In this document: positions 10,262 to 20,566 of the stretch, piece by piece
Position numbering within the stretch: position 1 is the stretch's first letter
Layout of the letters: the number at the start of each line of letters is the position of its first letter
Source: Nitrospirota bacterium
Lineage (GTDB): Bacteria; Nitrospirota; Thermodesulfovibrionia; Thermodesulfovibrionales; JdFR-86
Direction of reading: 5' to 3'
NCBI GenBank assembly: GCA_963721805.1
Contig: CAVRJY010000001.1
Span: 288,001-352,000, forward strand
DNA length: 64,000 bases
Program-made: the position numbers and the translations under genes
Notes under the pieces: generated by a model
Told to the model about the DNA's origin: nothing
Seen by the model: the letters and a program-made list of their open reading frames with translations, nothing else
The model's database searches: none

Positions 10262-11263
10262 TCAGCGCGGCATATTTGCTATCCCGCGCGGCCCGTGCTG
10301 CTGCCTCTGATCCTCACCCTCATGCCTCGGCTGCACCTGCTGAGGCTGAACCTCACGCCTGATCCGCTTGGGCTGCTCTAGCGGCTGGGGCTGCGCCTGC
10401 TGAGGCTGAACCTCGCGCCTGATCCGCTTGGGCTGCTCTAGCGGCTGGGGCTGCGCCTGCTGAGGCTGAACCTCGCGCCTTATCCGCTTGGGCTGCTCTA
10501 GCGGCTGGGGCTGCGCCTGCTGAGGCTGAACCTCGCGCCTGATCCGCTTGGGTTGCTCTAGCGGCTGGGGCTGAATCTTCTGTGGCTGTTGCGGTTGGAA
10601 CTCGCGTTTAGGCCGCTCGGGCTGCGGCGGCTGCCCGCCCCCGTGCCTCGGACGGTCCCATCTCCGCTCATGTTCCCAGGTGCGCCAGTGCTCGAGCATG
10701 TCGCGTTCCCCTATGCGCTCTCCTGTGAAGGCCCGCCTGCGGTAATCGTGCGGCATCGTCATCACCGGCCGAGGCATCATGCCGAAGCGCACGTAGTCCC
10801 ATGGGCCTGAGTATGCATGCGAGCGGTACCACCTGTGCTCATACGGCCGGTACCACCACCCCTCATAGAAAAACAGGCCGTCGACGTCCGGGACGAAATA
10901 AACATATGTCTCCTCGTACTCGACGACCGGGGGCGGCTCGGGAAAATCGAACGGTGGCGGCGGTGGCGGAGGGACTTCATATACCGGCTCTTCCTCCGGT
11001 ATAGGCGGGATCGCGTACTCGTCGCTCACAGCGGCTTCGCCCTCGGGGACCTGCTCTAAAGCGGGTGCGGGCTCCACGGCAGGGGCCTGCTCCGGGGCTG
11101 TCGTAACCTCGGGCAAAGGTGCCGGGGGAGGGGCCGCTGGGGGCGTTGCGGAGACGGTGTTTTCGATGGCCGGCGGAGCGTTCGTGATCGCCGTCTTGCC
11201 GCGCTTGCACGCAACGAGCGCCAGCAGGCAGCACATTATAATGGCTATAAGCCTCGCGTTCAT
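10262..11263 (-). CDS. Pro/Gln-rich putative lipoprotein with C-terminal 20-aa repeats
   Basis: LALVAC lipobox; AAGGAGG RBS; aromatic-rich core (FFYEGWWY..WY..GPW); QPQPLEQPKRIRREVQPQQA x4. Confidence 0.75.
   Translation of the reverse strand: MNARLIAIIMCCLLALVACKRGKTAITNAPPAIENTVSATPPAAPPPAPLPEVTTAPEQAPAVEPAPALEQVPEGEAAVSDEYAIPPIPEEEPVYEVPPPPPPPFDFPEPPPVVEYEETYVYFVPDVDGLFFYEGWWYRPYEHRWYRSHAYSGPWDYVRFGMMPRPVMTMPHDYRRRAFTGERIGERDMLEHWRTWEHERRWDRPRHGGGQPPQPERPKREFQPQQPQKIQPQPLEQPKRIRREVQPQQAQPQPLEQPKRIRREVQPQQAQPQPLEQPKRIRREVQPQQAQPQPLEQPKRIRREVQPQQVQPRHEGEDQRQQHGPRGIANMPR
10331..10573 (-). repeat. Coding 60-bp tandem repeat, about 4 copies
   Basis: ctgctgaggctgaacctcgcgcctgatccgcttgggctgctctagcggctggggctgcgc repeated with few substitutions. 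Confidence 0.9.
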
Positions 11264-11421
11264 CTCTCCTCCTTGCTTTCATCATAATATACCACCGCCC
11301 GGCCCGGTTTGCTAGATGGCCGGTTCCCATCAAATGTATGCTTTTGCTTGCGCTCAGAGGCAAAAGTGTGGTATATTTCAGGTTAAGTTTTAAAGATCAA
11401 GTCAGTTCCGGTTCAAAACGT

Positions 11422-11940
11422 ATGCTGAGACAACGAATCATAACGGTGGTCTTGGTGCTTGTAGTCGGGTGGACCGGCGGGTACCTTCACCACTCCCTCC
11501 AGAGCCTGCGGCAGGCCGAGTCCCTCACGCGCGAGGTCGCGGACCTCAGGGCGGACAACGAAAGCTACAGCCTGCAGCGCGATCTCGTCCGCAAGGTCTA
11601 CTGCAAGATCACCGCGTACTCCCGTGATGCCATATCGATCAACCGCCCCGAGTGGCTCGAGGACGGCGCGACCGCATCGGGCAAGATGGCCAGGCGGGGC
11701 CGCATTGCGGCCGACTGGGACTTCTTCCCGCCCGGCACGCGCATCTACGTGCCCGGCTACGGCGAGGCCGTCGTGGCCGACCGCGGCAGCGACGTCCAGG
11801 AAAACCACATTGACCTTTTCATGGACTCATACGACGAGGCCAAACGCTGGGGCGTGCGGAACATCGAGGTCTACGTGATCGAGATGGGAAAGCCAGTTAC
11901 GAAGGACGCATCGCGCGGCGGCTCAGGCGCGCAGGGCTAA
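11422..11940 (+). CDS. 3D-domain cell-wall protein
   Basis: N-terminal TM and coiled coil; ITAYS..TASG..IAAD..PGT.IYVPGYG..ADRG..IDLFM. Confidence 0.85.
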   Translation: MLRQRIITVVLVLVVGWTGGYLHHSLQSLRQAESLTREVADLRADNESYSLQRDLVRKVYCKITAYSRDAISINRPEWLEDGATASGKMARRGRIAADWDFFPPGTRIYVPGYGEAVVADRGSDVQENHIDLFMDSYDEAKRWGVRNIEVYVIEMGKPVTKDASRGGSGAQG

Positions 11941-13028
11941 GCCCCGCCTGATATCTCACCCTTGCCCTCAAGCAGTTCCATCGCTGCGCCAAGCACGGTC
12001 TTGACGTCCATCGCGGCCAGGCACGCGAAGTCCTCTCCGCGGCGGCATCTCTGCGGTATCGGCGAGTAGCGGAAGCACGGGGGGCAGCCCGGCATGCGCA
12101 GGACGCGGCTGGGGGTGCGCCAGGGCGCCAGCCACTGCGGGTTGGTTGGGCCAAAGAGCGCGACGGTCGGAACGCTCAGCGCAGCCGCCAGGTGCATAAG
12201 CCCCGAGTCGTTGGTGACGAAGACGCGGCACAGGCCCATGAGCGCCGCGCTCTGACGGATGGATGCGGTGCTCACCGCGATCACGCGCCCCGCCCCAAGC
12301 CCTGCAAGCTGGATTATCTCATGTTTGAGCGGGTCTTCCTCCGGGCCGCCGAAGAGCAGAAACGCGGCATCCCCGGCCGCTCCCGAGAGCTCGTGTATCA
12401 GTGCGGCGTATTTCTCCCTGGGCCAGCGTTTTTTGGCGTGCTCCTTAAACAGGCTGCTGCCGGGATGAAACCCGAACAGCACGCGCCCGCCCAGGCCGTG
12501 GCCGTCAGCCCACCCGTCGGCCCATGCCCGCTCCTCGTCGCTTAGATATATGCCAAGCGGGTAAGGCTCGGGGTCCTCGATGCCGAGGAACCGGAGCAGC
12601 CGCAGGTTTTCCTGCACGTTATGCAGCGAGTCGTCCTCGCGGAGCGTCCGGTTTTTCAGGAAGTTCAGCTCGCGGACGTCGCGCAGCGCATACCTGTGGC
12701 CGATCCGCACCGGCGCGCCTACTAGCATCGCCGAGAGGTTGTAGTCCCGCCGGTTGGAGGGATAGAGGTTTATCGAGGCATCGAAGCCCCGGCCCCGGAA
12801 CTTAAGCAGAAACCTGATCCCCTCCATCTTCGGCCGCGTGAGGAACGGGAAGAGGTGGTTTTCGTCTACGTGAGGGTTGCCGATCATGACGTCGCGCGTC
12901 GAGCCGAACATGTGGAGGCAGACCACGCGAGCCCCGAGCCGCTCCTTGATGTTGCGCAGCGCGGGGGTCGCCATCAGCATGTCGCCGATGCCATAAACCG
13001 GCATGGTTATGATCCGCTTGAAGCTCAC
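11937..13028 (-). CDS. Glycosyltransferase family 9 (heptosyltransferase-like)
   Basis: GIGDMLMATP, HPG, KRWP, VTNDSGLMHLAAA..VALFGPT. Confidence 0.92.
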   Translation of the reverse strand: MSFKRIITMPVYGIGDMLMATPALRNIKERLGARVVCLHMFGSTRDVMIGNPHVDENHLFPFLTRPKMEGIRFLLKFRGRGFDASINLYPSNRRDYNLSAMLVGAPVRIGHRYALRDVRELNFLKNRTLREDDSLHNVQENLRLLRFLGIEDPEPYPLGIYLSDEERAWADGWADGHGLGGRVLFGFHPGSSLFKEHAKKRWPREKYAALIHELSGAAGDAAFLLFGGPEEDPLKHEIIQLAGLGAGRVIAVSTASIRQSAALMGLCRVFVTNDSGLMHLAAALSVPTVALFGPTNPQWLAPWRTPSRVLRMPGCPPCFRYSPIPQRCRRGEDFACLAAMDVKTVLGAAMELLEGKGEISGGA

Positions 13029-14107
13029 CGGCCCTCCTTCAGTATGCGCAGAAGCAGGGCCTCGTAATCCTCCGAGATCCGCTCCCATGTGTATCCCTGC
13101 ACGTACTTAAGCGCGCTCACTCCCATGCGAAGGCGCGAGGCGGCATCCGATAGCGCGGCCGAGAGTTTCGCGGCGCAGTCTTGGGCGTCGCCCGTCTTAA
13201 ACGCGAGCCCGAAGCCCCCCTCGAGCGCGAAGCAGAGCTCCGGGATGTCGCTTACGATTACAGGGCGGCCGCAGGCCGCGGCCTCGAGCACGACTATGCC
13301 CCAGCCCTCGAACCTCGAAGGCAGCACGAACAGTTTAGCCCGCCTCATCAGGTCGAGCTTTTGGGCCTCGTCCACGAAGCCCCTGAACTCTATATCGAGC
13401 CCTTTCGCCATTTCCTTTAGCTTATGTTCATCAGGGCCGCGCCCGGCGATCACGAGTTTTGCTGGTTGCGCCAGCAGCCGCATCGCGCCGATCAGGGTGT
13501 CGAGTCCCTTGTTCGCAATAGCCAGCCGGCCTACGTAGAGTATGAAGTCCTCCTCCGGAGCCGGGCTGGCGAGGATCGTATCGGCGTTGATGCCGGCGGG
13601 TATTACGGCGACGTCGCTGCGCCCGATCTTCCGGCGCGTGCCTTCCGAGAGCGCCGTGACGTGGCGGAACATGCGAGGGTAGACGGACTCGAGCAGGAAA
13701 AACGGCAGCCCCGCGAGCATGCCCTTGCGTCTCAGTATGCCCCGGCCCTCTATGTGGTTTAGGTGCAGCACCGAGGGACGCCCCGAGAGCAGCCGGGAGA
13801 ATACCGGGTTCCAGGGGGCGAAGTCCTCGACCACTATGTCAAACTCGCGGCCGTGCCTCAGCACGAAGGCCGCGCCCGCCGCAGCGAACCCGAACGTGCT
13901 CGCCACGTATCCGGACGAAGGGCCGACGAACTTGTATGAGAGCCTGCCCTCGGTGTAGTCACGCGCGCCGGGGTATGAGCCGCTTACGACCGTGACCTCG
14001 TGGCCTCGGCCTGCCAGGCGGCGGTTAAGCTCGAGCACGCGCACCGCGCCGCCGCCGCCGACCCACGGGTTGGAGGGATGGTCGTATATCAGGTGCAGGA
14101 TCCTCAG
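13025..14107 (-). CDS. Glycosyltransferase family 4
   Basis: LYVGRL..KG, PSRFEGWGIVVLEAAACGRPVI; probable CTG start overlapping the gmd stop. Confidence 0.9.
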   Translation of the reverse strand: MRILHLIYDHPSNPWVGGGGAVRVLELNRRLAGRGHEVTVVSGSYPGARDYTEGRLSYKFVGPSSGYVASTFGFAAAGAAFVLRHGREFDIVVEDFAPWNPVFSRLLSGRPSVLHLNHIEGRGILRRKGMLAGLPFFLLESVYPRMFRHVTALSEGTRRKIGRSDVAVIPAGINADTILASPAPEEDFILYVGRLAIANKGLDTLIGAMRLLAQPAKLVIAGRGPDEHKLKEMAKGLDIEFRGFVDEAQKLDLMRRAKLFVLPSRFEGWGIVVLEAAACGRPVIVSDIPELCFALEGGFGLAFKTGDAQDCAAKLSAALSDAASRLRMGVSALKYVQGYTWERISEDYEALLLRILKEGR

Positions 14108-15117
14108 GCCGCGCTCTCGATCTCGAAGCGCACCATCAAAGAGACGAGCGCATGAAAGCGGGTGCGGGCGGACCAGCCCAGCACGGCACGCGCCTTCGAC
14201 GGGTCTCCGGTGAGGTCGTCTATGTCCGAGGGCCGCATGAAACGCGCGTCGACCGAGACCAGCGCCTTGCCGGTCGCGGCGTCGATCCCGCGTTCGCCGA
14301 TCCCGGAGCCCTCCCATCCGAGCGTGAAGCCCGCCTCCTGAAACGCCGCCTCCACGAACTCGCGCACGCTATGCGATTCTCCGGTGGCGATCACGTAGTC
14401 GTCGGGCGCTGCGGCTTGCAGCATCTCCCAGGCCGCCTCGACGTACTCAGGGGCATAGCCCCAGTCGCGGCGGGCCGAGAGGTTGCCGAGCACCAGCGGC
14501 CCGGTGCGCGCGCCGCGCGAGAACTCGGCCGCGGCGCGCGTGATCTTGCGCGTGACGAACTCCTCTGGCCTGAGCCTGGACTCGTGCGGGAAGAGTATGC
14601 CCGAGCAGACGAACAGCCCGTGCGAGCGCCTGTATATCCCGGCCATGCGATGCGCCATGAGCTTCGATGCGGCATACGGGCTAAGGGGACTAAACCCGGT
14701 GCCCTCGTCCCTGCGCCCCCTGATGTTGCCGAACATGTCCCCTGAGGATGCGTTAAAGAACCGGGCATGGGGAGAGTGTTTTCTCGTCGCTTCCATAAGC
14801 GCCGTCGCGCCGAGCGCATTTACGCGGATCGTGCCTACGGGGTCCTCGAACGAGCGGGCGACGCTGCTTTGCGCCGCGAGGTTATAGACCTCGTCAGGGG
14901 CGGTATCGGCAATGAGCCTCTCGAGCGCATCCGCATCCGTGATGTCGAGGCTGCGGAGCGTCACGCGCTCTTTAATGCCGAGGGCAATCAGCCCCGGCGT
15001 GCCGTCGCGGCCGGGCATCAGGGTGCCGACGACGCGGTAGCCCTTCTCAAGCAGCAGCCGGGCGAGGAACGCCCCGTCCTGCCCCCCGGCGCCTGTTATA
15101 AGAGCGGTCTTGGACAT
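14104..15117 (-). CDS. gmd: GDP-mannose 4,6-dehydratase
   Basis: ALITGAGGQDG, YNLAAQSSV, SPYAASK, FVTRKIT, RDWGYA. Confidence 0.92.
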   Translation of the reverse strand: MSKTALITGAGGQDGAFLARLLLEKGYRVVGTLMPGRDGTPGLIALGIKERVTLRSLDITDADALERLIADTAPDEVYNLAAQSSVARSFEDPVGTIRVNALGATALMEATRKHSPHARFFNASSGDMFGNIRGRRDEGTGFSPLSPYAASKLMAHRMAGIYRRSHGLFVCSGILFPHESRLRPEEFVTRKITRAAAEFSRGARTGPLVLGNLSARRDWGYAPEYVEAAWEMLQAAAPDDYVIATGESHSVREFVEAAFQEAGFTLGWEGSGIGERGIDAATGKALVSVDARFMRPSDIDDLTGDPSKARAVLGWSARTRFHALVSLMVRFEIESAA

Positions 15118-15210
15118 CCATGATTATATACGGTAATTGCGGCGGGAGGCTACCGGGGCGGCCGGCCCGCTTCTACATTGCAGGGCCGCGCGCGTATGAT
15201 AGAATTCTGG

Positions 15211-17526
15211 ATGGGCACGGACGGCACGAAGCGGCTGCGGCTTACGGTCAGAGGCACGGTGCAGGGCGTCGGGATGAGGCCGCGCGTGCACAGCCTCGCA
15301 ACCGGGCTCGGTCTTTCGGGATTCATCGCTAACACCGAGGACGGCGTCGTGATCGAGGTCGAGGGCAGGGTGGTTGCGGGGTTTGAAAAAGCCCTGAGAG
15401 AGGTCATGCCTCCGCTTGCGAGAATCGAGTCTATCGAGGCAGCGGATATACCGCTTCAAAATGCGGAAAGTTTTGAGATAAGAGACAGCGTGAAGGCGCA
15501 GGCCTTCGCGCTCGTGCCGCCTGATACCGCGACGTGCCCGGCATGCATCGCGGAGTTCAACGACCCGGCTGACAGACGATACCGGTATCCGTTTATCAAC
15601 TGCACCGACTGCGGCCCGCGATACAGCATCACGGTGCGCATCCCCTACGACCGGCCCAATACGACGATGTCAGGATTTTTGATGTGCGCGGAGTGCGAGG
15701 CCGAGTACCGCGACCCCTCCTCCCGCAGGTTTCACGCCGAGCCCAACGCATGCCCCGCATGCGGCCCGCGCCTGACATTAATGCCCGGCGGGCCACAGCC
15801 CGAAGGCCATGGAGGGCTGGTGAAAATTGCCGGGGACGCGCTGGAAGAGGCGGTGTGCATGCTCCAGGAGGGGCGCATCGTCGCGGTCAAGGGCATCGGT
15901 GGGTTTCACCTCGCCTGCGACGCGATGAACCCCGGCGCGGTGCGCACATTACGCGAGCGCAAGCGCCGGAGCAACAAGCCCTTCGCGCTCATGGCCCGCG
16001 ATATCGAGACGATACGCGGCCATTGCGAGGTAAGCGATGCAGAGGCCGGGGTACTGCTGAGCGCTGCCCGCCCGATTGTATTGCTAAAGAGGGGGACCCC
16101 GTCCCCGCTGCCAGAAGCGGTCGCCCCAGGCGCGCCCTATCTGGGCTTCATGCTCCCGTACGCGCCGCTGCACCACCTGCTGCTGGAGCGGATACCAGTC
16201 CTCGTGATGACGAGCGCCAACCTCGCTGAAGAGCCTATAGTCATAGACAACGAAGATGCGGTCTCAAGGCTCGGCGGGATATGCGATGCCTTCTTGCTGC
16301 ATGACCGCCAGATATTCATGCGCTGCGACGACTCGGTCGTGCGCGTGACCGGGCGGGGAGAGACCTTGATGCTCAGGCGGGCGCGCGGGTTCGTGCCCTC
16401 GCCGATAATGCTGCGCGAGGGCGGCCCGGACGTCCTGGCCGCGGGCGCCGAGCTCAAAAACACCCTCGCGCTCACGGCCGGCCGGATGGCCGTAGTGAGC
16501 CAGCACATCGGGGACATGGAAAATATAGAGACGCTCGAGTTCTTCGAAGAGACGCTCCGCAATCTCAAGGCCGCTTACGGGGCCGCCCCTGTCGCTCTCG
16601 GCCATGACCTGCACCCCGGATACCTGAGCACCAGATGGGCGCTCAGGCAGAAGCTAAGGCCCATCGCGGTGCAGCACCACCACAGCCACGTAGCCTCGGT
16701 GATGGCCGAGCACGGACTTGGCGGACGCGGCCTCGGCATAGTGCTGGACGGCGCTGGCTATGGCACAGACGGCACGCTATGGGGCGGCGAGTTTCTGGTC
16801 ACGGACGGGGCGATGTTTGAGCGCGCCGGGCATCTGCTGCCCGTCCCGCTTCCGGGCGGGGATACCGCCGTTCGCGAGCCCTGGCGGATGGCGGTGAGCT
16901 ATATGCACCAATCTAGCGGTAGGGACGAGGCCGCGACGATCCCGCTGCTTCAGAGGCTCGGGTATATGGACCGCTACGGAGAGACGCTGGTGCGTAACGT
17001 GCTTACGGTCTGCGCCATCGCGATCCCCAGCTCCGGAACTGGCAGGCTCTTCGATGCCGTGGCCGCGCTTTCGGGCGTATGCGACCGCAACACCTTCGAG
17101 GGCGAGGCCCCGATAGCGCTCACAGCGGCCGCGATGCGCGCATGGGGCAGGCCGCATGGGCCATATCCATACTCCATAACCGGCAGCGCCCCGGCGATCC
17201 TGGATTTTTCAACGGCTATAGCCGGTATAATTAATGATAGACTTTCACATATGGGCCGGGACGAGATCGCGGCCAGATTTCACCGCACCGTAATCGATGC
17301 CGTGGTCGCGCTGGGCGGCCGGATTTATGGCTCGCGCGATTTAAGGTGGGCCGCGCTTAGCGGCGGGAGCTTTCAAAATCCGCTGCTCCTAGACGGAGTG
17401 CGCGAGGGGCTTGAGGCCCTCGGGATCGAGGTCCATATCAACGAGCGCGTGCCGTTAAACGACGGGGGAATTTCACTCGGTCAAGCGTACATTGCACGGG
17501 AGGTTTTAAAACAACTTGCTCCCTGA
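15211..17526 (+). CDS. hypF: Hydrogenase maturation carbamoyltransferase
   Basis: GTVQGVG, CxxC zinc fingers (NCTDCGPRY, NACPACGP), KGIGGFHL, HDLHP, QHHHSH, NDGGISLGQ. Confidence 0.96.
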   Translation: MGTDGTKRLRLTVRGTVQGVGMRPRVHSLATGLGLSGFIANTEDGVVIEVEGRVVAGFEKALREVMPPLARIESIEAADIPLQNAESFEIRDSVKAQAFALVPPDTATCPACIAEFNDPADRRYRYPFINCTDCGPRYSITVRIPYDRPNTTMSGFLMCAECEAEYRDPSSRRFHAEPNACPACGPRLTLMPGGPQPEGHGGLVKIAGDALEEAVCMLQEGRIVAVKGIGGFHLACDAMNPGAVRTLRERKRRSNKPFALMARDIETIRGHCEVSDAEAGVLLSAARPIVLLKRGTPSPLPEAVAPGAPYLGFMLPYAPLHHLLLERIPVLVMTSANLAEEPIVIDNEDAVSRLGGICDAFLLHDRQIFMRCDDSVVRVTGRGETLMLRRARGFVPSPIMLREGGPDVLAAGAELKNTLALTAGRMAVVSQHIGDMENIETLEFFEETLRNLKAAYGAAPVALGHDLHPGYLSTRWALRQKLRPIAVQHHHSHVASVMAEHGLGGRGLGIVLDGAGYGTDGTLWGGEFLVTDGAMFERAGHLLPVPLPGGDTAVREPWRMAVSYMHQSSGRDEAATIPLLQRLGYMDRYGETLVRNVLTVCAIAIPSSGTGRLFDAVAALSGVCDRNTFEGEAPIALTAAAMRAWGRPHGPYPYSITGSAPAILDFSTAIAGIINDRLSHMGRDEIAARFHRTVIDAVVALGGRIYGSRDLRWAALSGGSFQNPLLLDGVREGLEALGIEVHINERVPLNDGGISLGQAYIAREVLKQLAP

Positions 17527-18616
17527 CGAACAGATAAGGGCGGCCGGGCAGCTCAGCCGGGCGATCGCCACGCTCAGCGCCAAGATAGGCCGCCCGCTTA
17601 ACCTGATGGAGGTCTGCGGCACGCACACGGTCGCGATCTTCCGCCACGGAATACGGAGCCTCCTGCCCCAGGAAGGCATCACGCTTCTGAGCGGGCCGGG
17701 CTGCCCGGTATGCGTCACCGCGACGCGCGACATCGACACCGCGCTTGCGTATGCCGCGCTGCCTTCTGTTGTGCTCGCTACGTTCGGAGACATGATGCGG
17801 GTGCCGGGCTCCGAGCGCTCGCTCATGGAGGCTAAGGCGCGCGGCGCTGACGTCCGCGTCGTGTACTCTCCGCTTGAGGCCCTGCGCATCGCGAAGGCCG
17901 AGCCGCAAAAGACGGTCCTGTTCTTCGCGACCGGGTTTGAGACGACCTCGCCGCTCGTTGCGGCAACGCTGATCGAGGCAGACCGCACCGGCGTTGGCAA
18001 TCTCTATATCCTCCCGGTGCACAAGCTCGTCCCCCCGGCGCTGCGCGCCCTGGTCGGGACCCCGGGGCTCAAGGTCGACGGCTTCATCCTGCCGGGCCAT
18101 GTCTGCACCATTACAGGCACAATCCCGTACCGGTTCCTGAGCGCGGATTACGGCATACCGGGCGTTGCGACCGGCTTTAGCGCGCTGGACATCCTTGAGG
18201 GCATCCTTATGATACTGATGCAGATAGAGGGCGGAGCGCCCCGGATCGCGATACAGTATAAGAAGGTCGTGCGTGAGGGGGGAAACCCGAAGGCCGTCGA
18301 GACGATCAACCGCTGCTTCGACGCGGCGGACGCCGAGTGGCGCGGCATAGGCGTGCTGCCCCTAAGCGGGCTCGTGCTTAAGCCGGAATACGCCCACCGC
18401 GACGCGCGCACGGCACTTGGGGAGGTCGTGGTCGAGGCGAGGCCTGACCCCAAGGGCTGCTCCTGCGGCAGCGTGCTTAGGGGCATCATGCTCCCCCCGG
18501 ACTGCCCGCTCTTTGGGAAGGGCTGCACCCCGGAGCGTCCTGTCGGGCCGTGCATGGTTAGCGCCGAGGGCAGTTGCGCGGCATACTATAAATACGGGGG
18601 CTACGGATACAAGTGA
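17516..18616 (+). CDS. hypD: Hydrogenase maturation protein
   Basis: MEVCGTHT, GPGCPVC, GFETT, PGHV, GPCMVSAEGSC. Confidence 0.97.
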   Translation: MLPDEQIRAAGQLSRAIATLSAKIGRPLNLMEVCGTHTVAIFRHGIRSLLPQEGITLLSGPGCPVCVTATRDIDTALAYAALPSVVLATFGDMMRVPGSERSLMEAKARGADVRVVYSPLEALRIAKAEPQKTVLFFATGFETTSPLVAATLIEADRTGVGNLYILPVHKLVPPALRALVGTPGLKVDGFILPGHVCTITGTIPYRFLSADYGIPGVATGFSALDILEGILMILMQIEGGAPRIAIQYKKVVREGGNPKAVETINRCFDAADAEWRGIGVLPLSGLVLKPEYAHRDARTALGEVVVEARPDPKGCSCGSVLRGIMLPPDCPLFGKGCTPERPVGPCMVSAEGSCAAYYKYGGYGYK

Positions 18617-19623
18617 ACTCAGACGAACGCATACTTCTAGGCCACGGAAGCGGGGGGCGGCTTATGCACGAACTCATCCGCACCTGCTTCGGCTCGCGCT
18701 TCGGGATAACGCAGGTCACGGACGCCGCGCTGCTGGACTTCCCGCATAGCGGGCGGCTCGCGTATACGACCGACTCATACGTCGTCTCGCCCTTGTTCTT
18801 CGAGGGCGGCTCGATCGGGGACCTCGCGGTAAACGGCACCGTCAACGACCTGGCGGTCTCCGGGGCGCGGCCGCTTTACCTCACCGCCGGGTTCGTGATC
18901 GAGGAGGGCTTCCCGCTTCGCGACCTTACACGCATAGCCGACGACATGGCCGCGGCCGCGCAAAAGGCCGAAGTTCGCATCGTGGCCGGGGACACGAAGG
19001 TCGTCGAGCGCGGGAAGGCCGACGGGCTCTTCATCAACACCTCCGGCGTCGGCGTCGTATCGGAGGACGTTGCGCTTTCGGTCGAGGCCATCTCGGCCGG
19101 GGACGCGGTAGTCGTGAGCGGCCCGATAGGGAGCCACGGGATGTCCGTGATGGCAAGCAGGAGCGGGCTGCACTTCGAGCCCAGGCTCCGGAGCGACTGC
19201 GCCCCGCTATGGCCGATGGTGCGGGCGATGCTCGAGGGCGACGCGCCCAGCGTGCGCGTGATGCGCGACCCCACGCGCGGCGGGCTCGCGACCACGCTTA
19301 AGGAATTTACGGAGGCCTCCGGCCTGGCCATAGAGCTCTGGGAGGGCAACGTCCCGGTGCTCCGGCAGGTCACCGGTGCGTGCGAGCTACTCGGGCTCGA
19401 CCCCCTCTACGTGGCCTGCGAGGGCGTACTCGTTGCCGTGGTAAGGGCCGATATGGCAGAATATCACATAGCGCGCATGCGGGAGTTCCCCGAGGGGAGG
19501 CTCGCGGTGCAGATCGGCGTGGTTAAGGCCGCGCCTGCAGGGGCCGTGGCGCTCAGGACGACGCTGGGCGGCTCAAGGCTCCTAGACATGCTCCAGGGCG
19601 AGCAGCTTCCGCGCATCTGCTGA
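18613..19623 (+). CDS. hypE: Hydrogenase maturation protein
   Basis: HGSGG, TTDSYVV, GDTKVV, RDPTRGG, C-terminal PRIC. Confidence 0.97.
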   Translation: MNSDERILLGHGSGGRLMHELIRTCFGSRFGITQVTDAALLDFPHSGRLAYTTDSYVVSPLFFEGGSIGDLAVNGTVNDLAVSGARPLYLTAGFVIEEGFPLRDLTRIADDMAAAAQKAEVRIVAGDTKVVERGKADGLFINTSGVGVVSEDVALSVEAISAGDAVVVSGPIGSHGMSVMASRSGLHFEPRLRSDCAPLWPMVRAMLEGDAPSVRVMRDPTRGGLATTLKEFTEASGLAIELWEGNVPVLRQVTGACELLGLDPLYVACEGVLVAVVRADMAEYHIARMREFPEGRLAVQIGVVKAAPAGAVALRTTLGGSRLLDMLQGEQLPRIC

Positions 19624-19657
19624 TTCATATCAAGGCGCTCAAACCGCATCGGGAGGT

Positions 19658-20566
19658 ATGGCATTGAGGAAGATCACAATCGCGTTTATGGCTGCACTGC
19701 TCATCGTGGCCGCAGTTGCATGCTCGGTCAGGCAGCAGTCCGGCAAGACAGCCGCCACGGTCGACGGGGTCGCTATACCCGAGGCCGCCGTCAAATGGGG
19801 GATGAGGGGCCATATAGCCCAACACGCCGCCGCCAATGTCAACGAGTCCGCGATGCGCACCGCGGTCCTCAACCAGTACGTCGCCAACAGGCTGCTGGCC
19901 GAGGGCGCGAAGGAGAAGGGCCTCTCTGTCACGGATTCCGACCTCAAGGTCCATATGGACGCCGAGAGCAGTTCTGCGGGCGCCGAGAAGTTCGCCCAGT
20001 CGCTCAGGGACGCCGGGCTCACCGAGAAGCAATACCAGGATATCCTCCGGGACCGCATACTGGCCTCGATGTTCACCCAGACGCTTTATAACGACGCGTC
20101 GATTACGGACGGGATGCTCAGGGACGTCTACATGAAGCTCCCGAAGCCGATGATGATGCCCGAGACGGTCACGATACGCTTCATGGAGTTTAAGGACGAG
20201 GCCTCGGCCGCCAGGGCCGCCGCGAAGGTAAAGGCAAGCGGGTTTGACAAGGTTGCCGACGCATACAAGAGGGACAACGCCGCGACCGTGAGCGGGTACG
20301 GCGAGATCGCGCCGTCGTTTTTCGACCCTGAGGCCGCCAAGGCGGTCAGCGCGCTGGCCCCAGGCGGCTGGACCGGGCCGGTGAAGGGCAGGAGCGGCTT
20401 TTACCTGATACGCCTCAAGCAGCACAACCCGCCCAGGCCCAAGACGTTCGACGAGGCCAGGGGCGAGCTGCGCGGCATGCTCGCAACACAGCTTAAAAAC
20501 CAGAGCGTCATGTCATGGCTTGCCGCTCGCAAGGGAAGTGCGAAAATTGTCATCAACAGCAATTAG
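19658..20566 (+). CDS. Exported SurA/PpiC-type peptidylprolyl isomerase-like chaperone
   Basis: Signal or lipobox, SurA N-like helical domain, degenerate rotamase domain. Confidence 0.75.
   Translation: MALRKITIAFMAALLIVAAVACSVRQQSGKTAATVDGVAIPEAAVKWGMRGHIAQHAAANVNESAMRTAVLNQYVANRLLAEGAKEKGLSVTDSDLKVHMDAESSSAGAEKFAQSLRDAGLTEKQYQDILRDRILASMFTQTLYNDASITDGMLRDVYMKLPKPMMMPETVTIRFMEFKDEASAARAAAKVKASGFDKVADAYKRDNAATVSGYGEIAPSFFDPEAAKAVSALAPGGWTGPVKGRSGFYLIRLKQHNPPRPKTFDEARGELRGMLATQLKNQSVMSWLAARKGSAKIVINSN

Noticed and set aside
10331..10573. Possible CRISPR array
   Set aside because: Units are contiguous near-identical 60-mers without unique spacers, lie in frame within a CDS, and no cas genes are present
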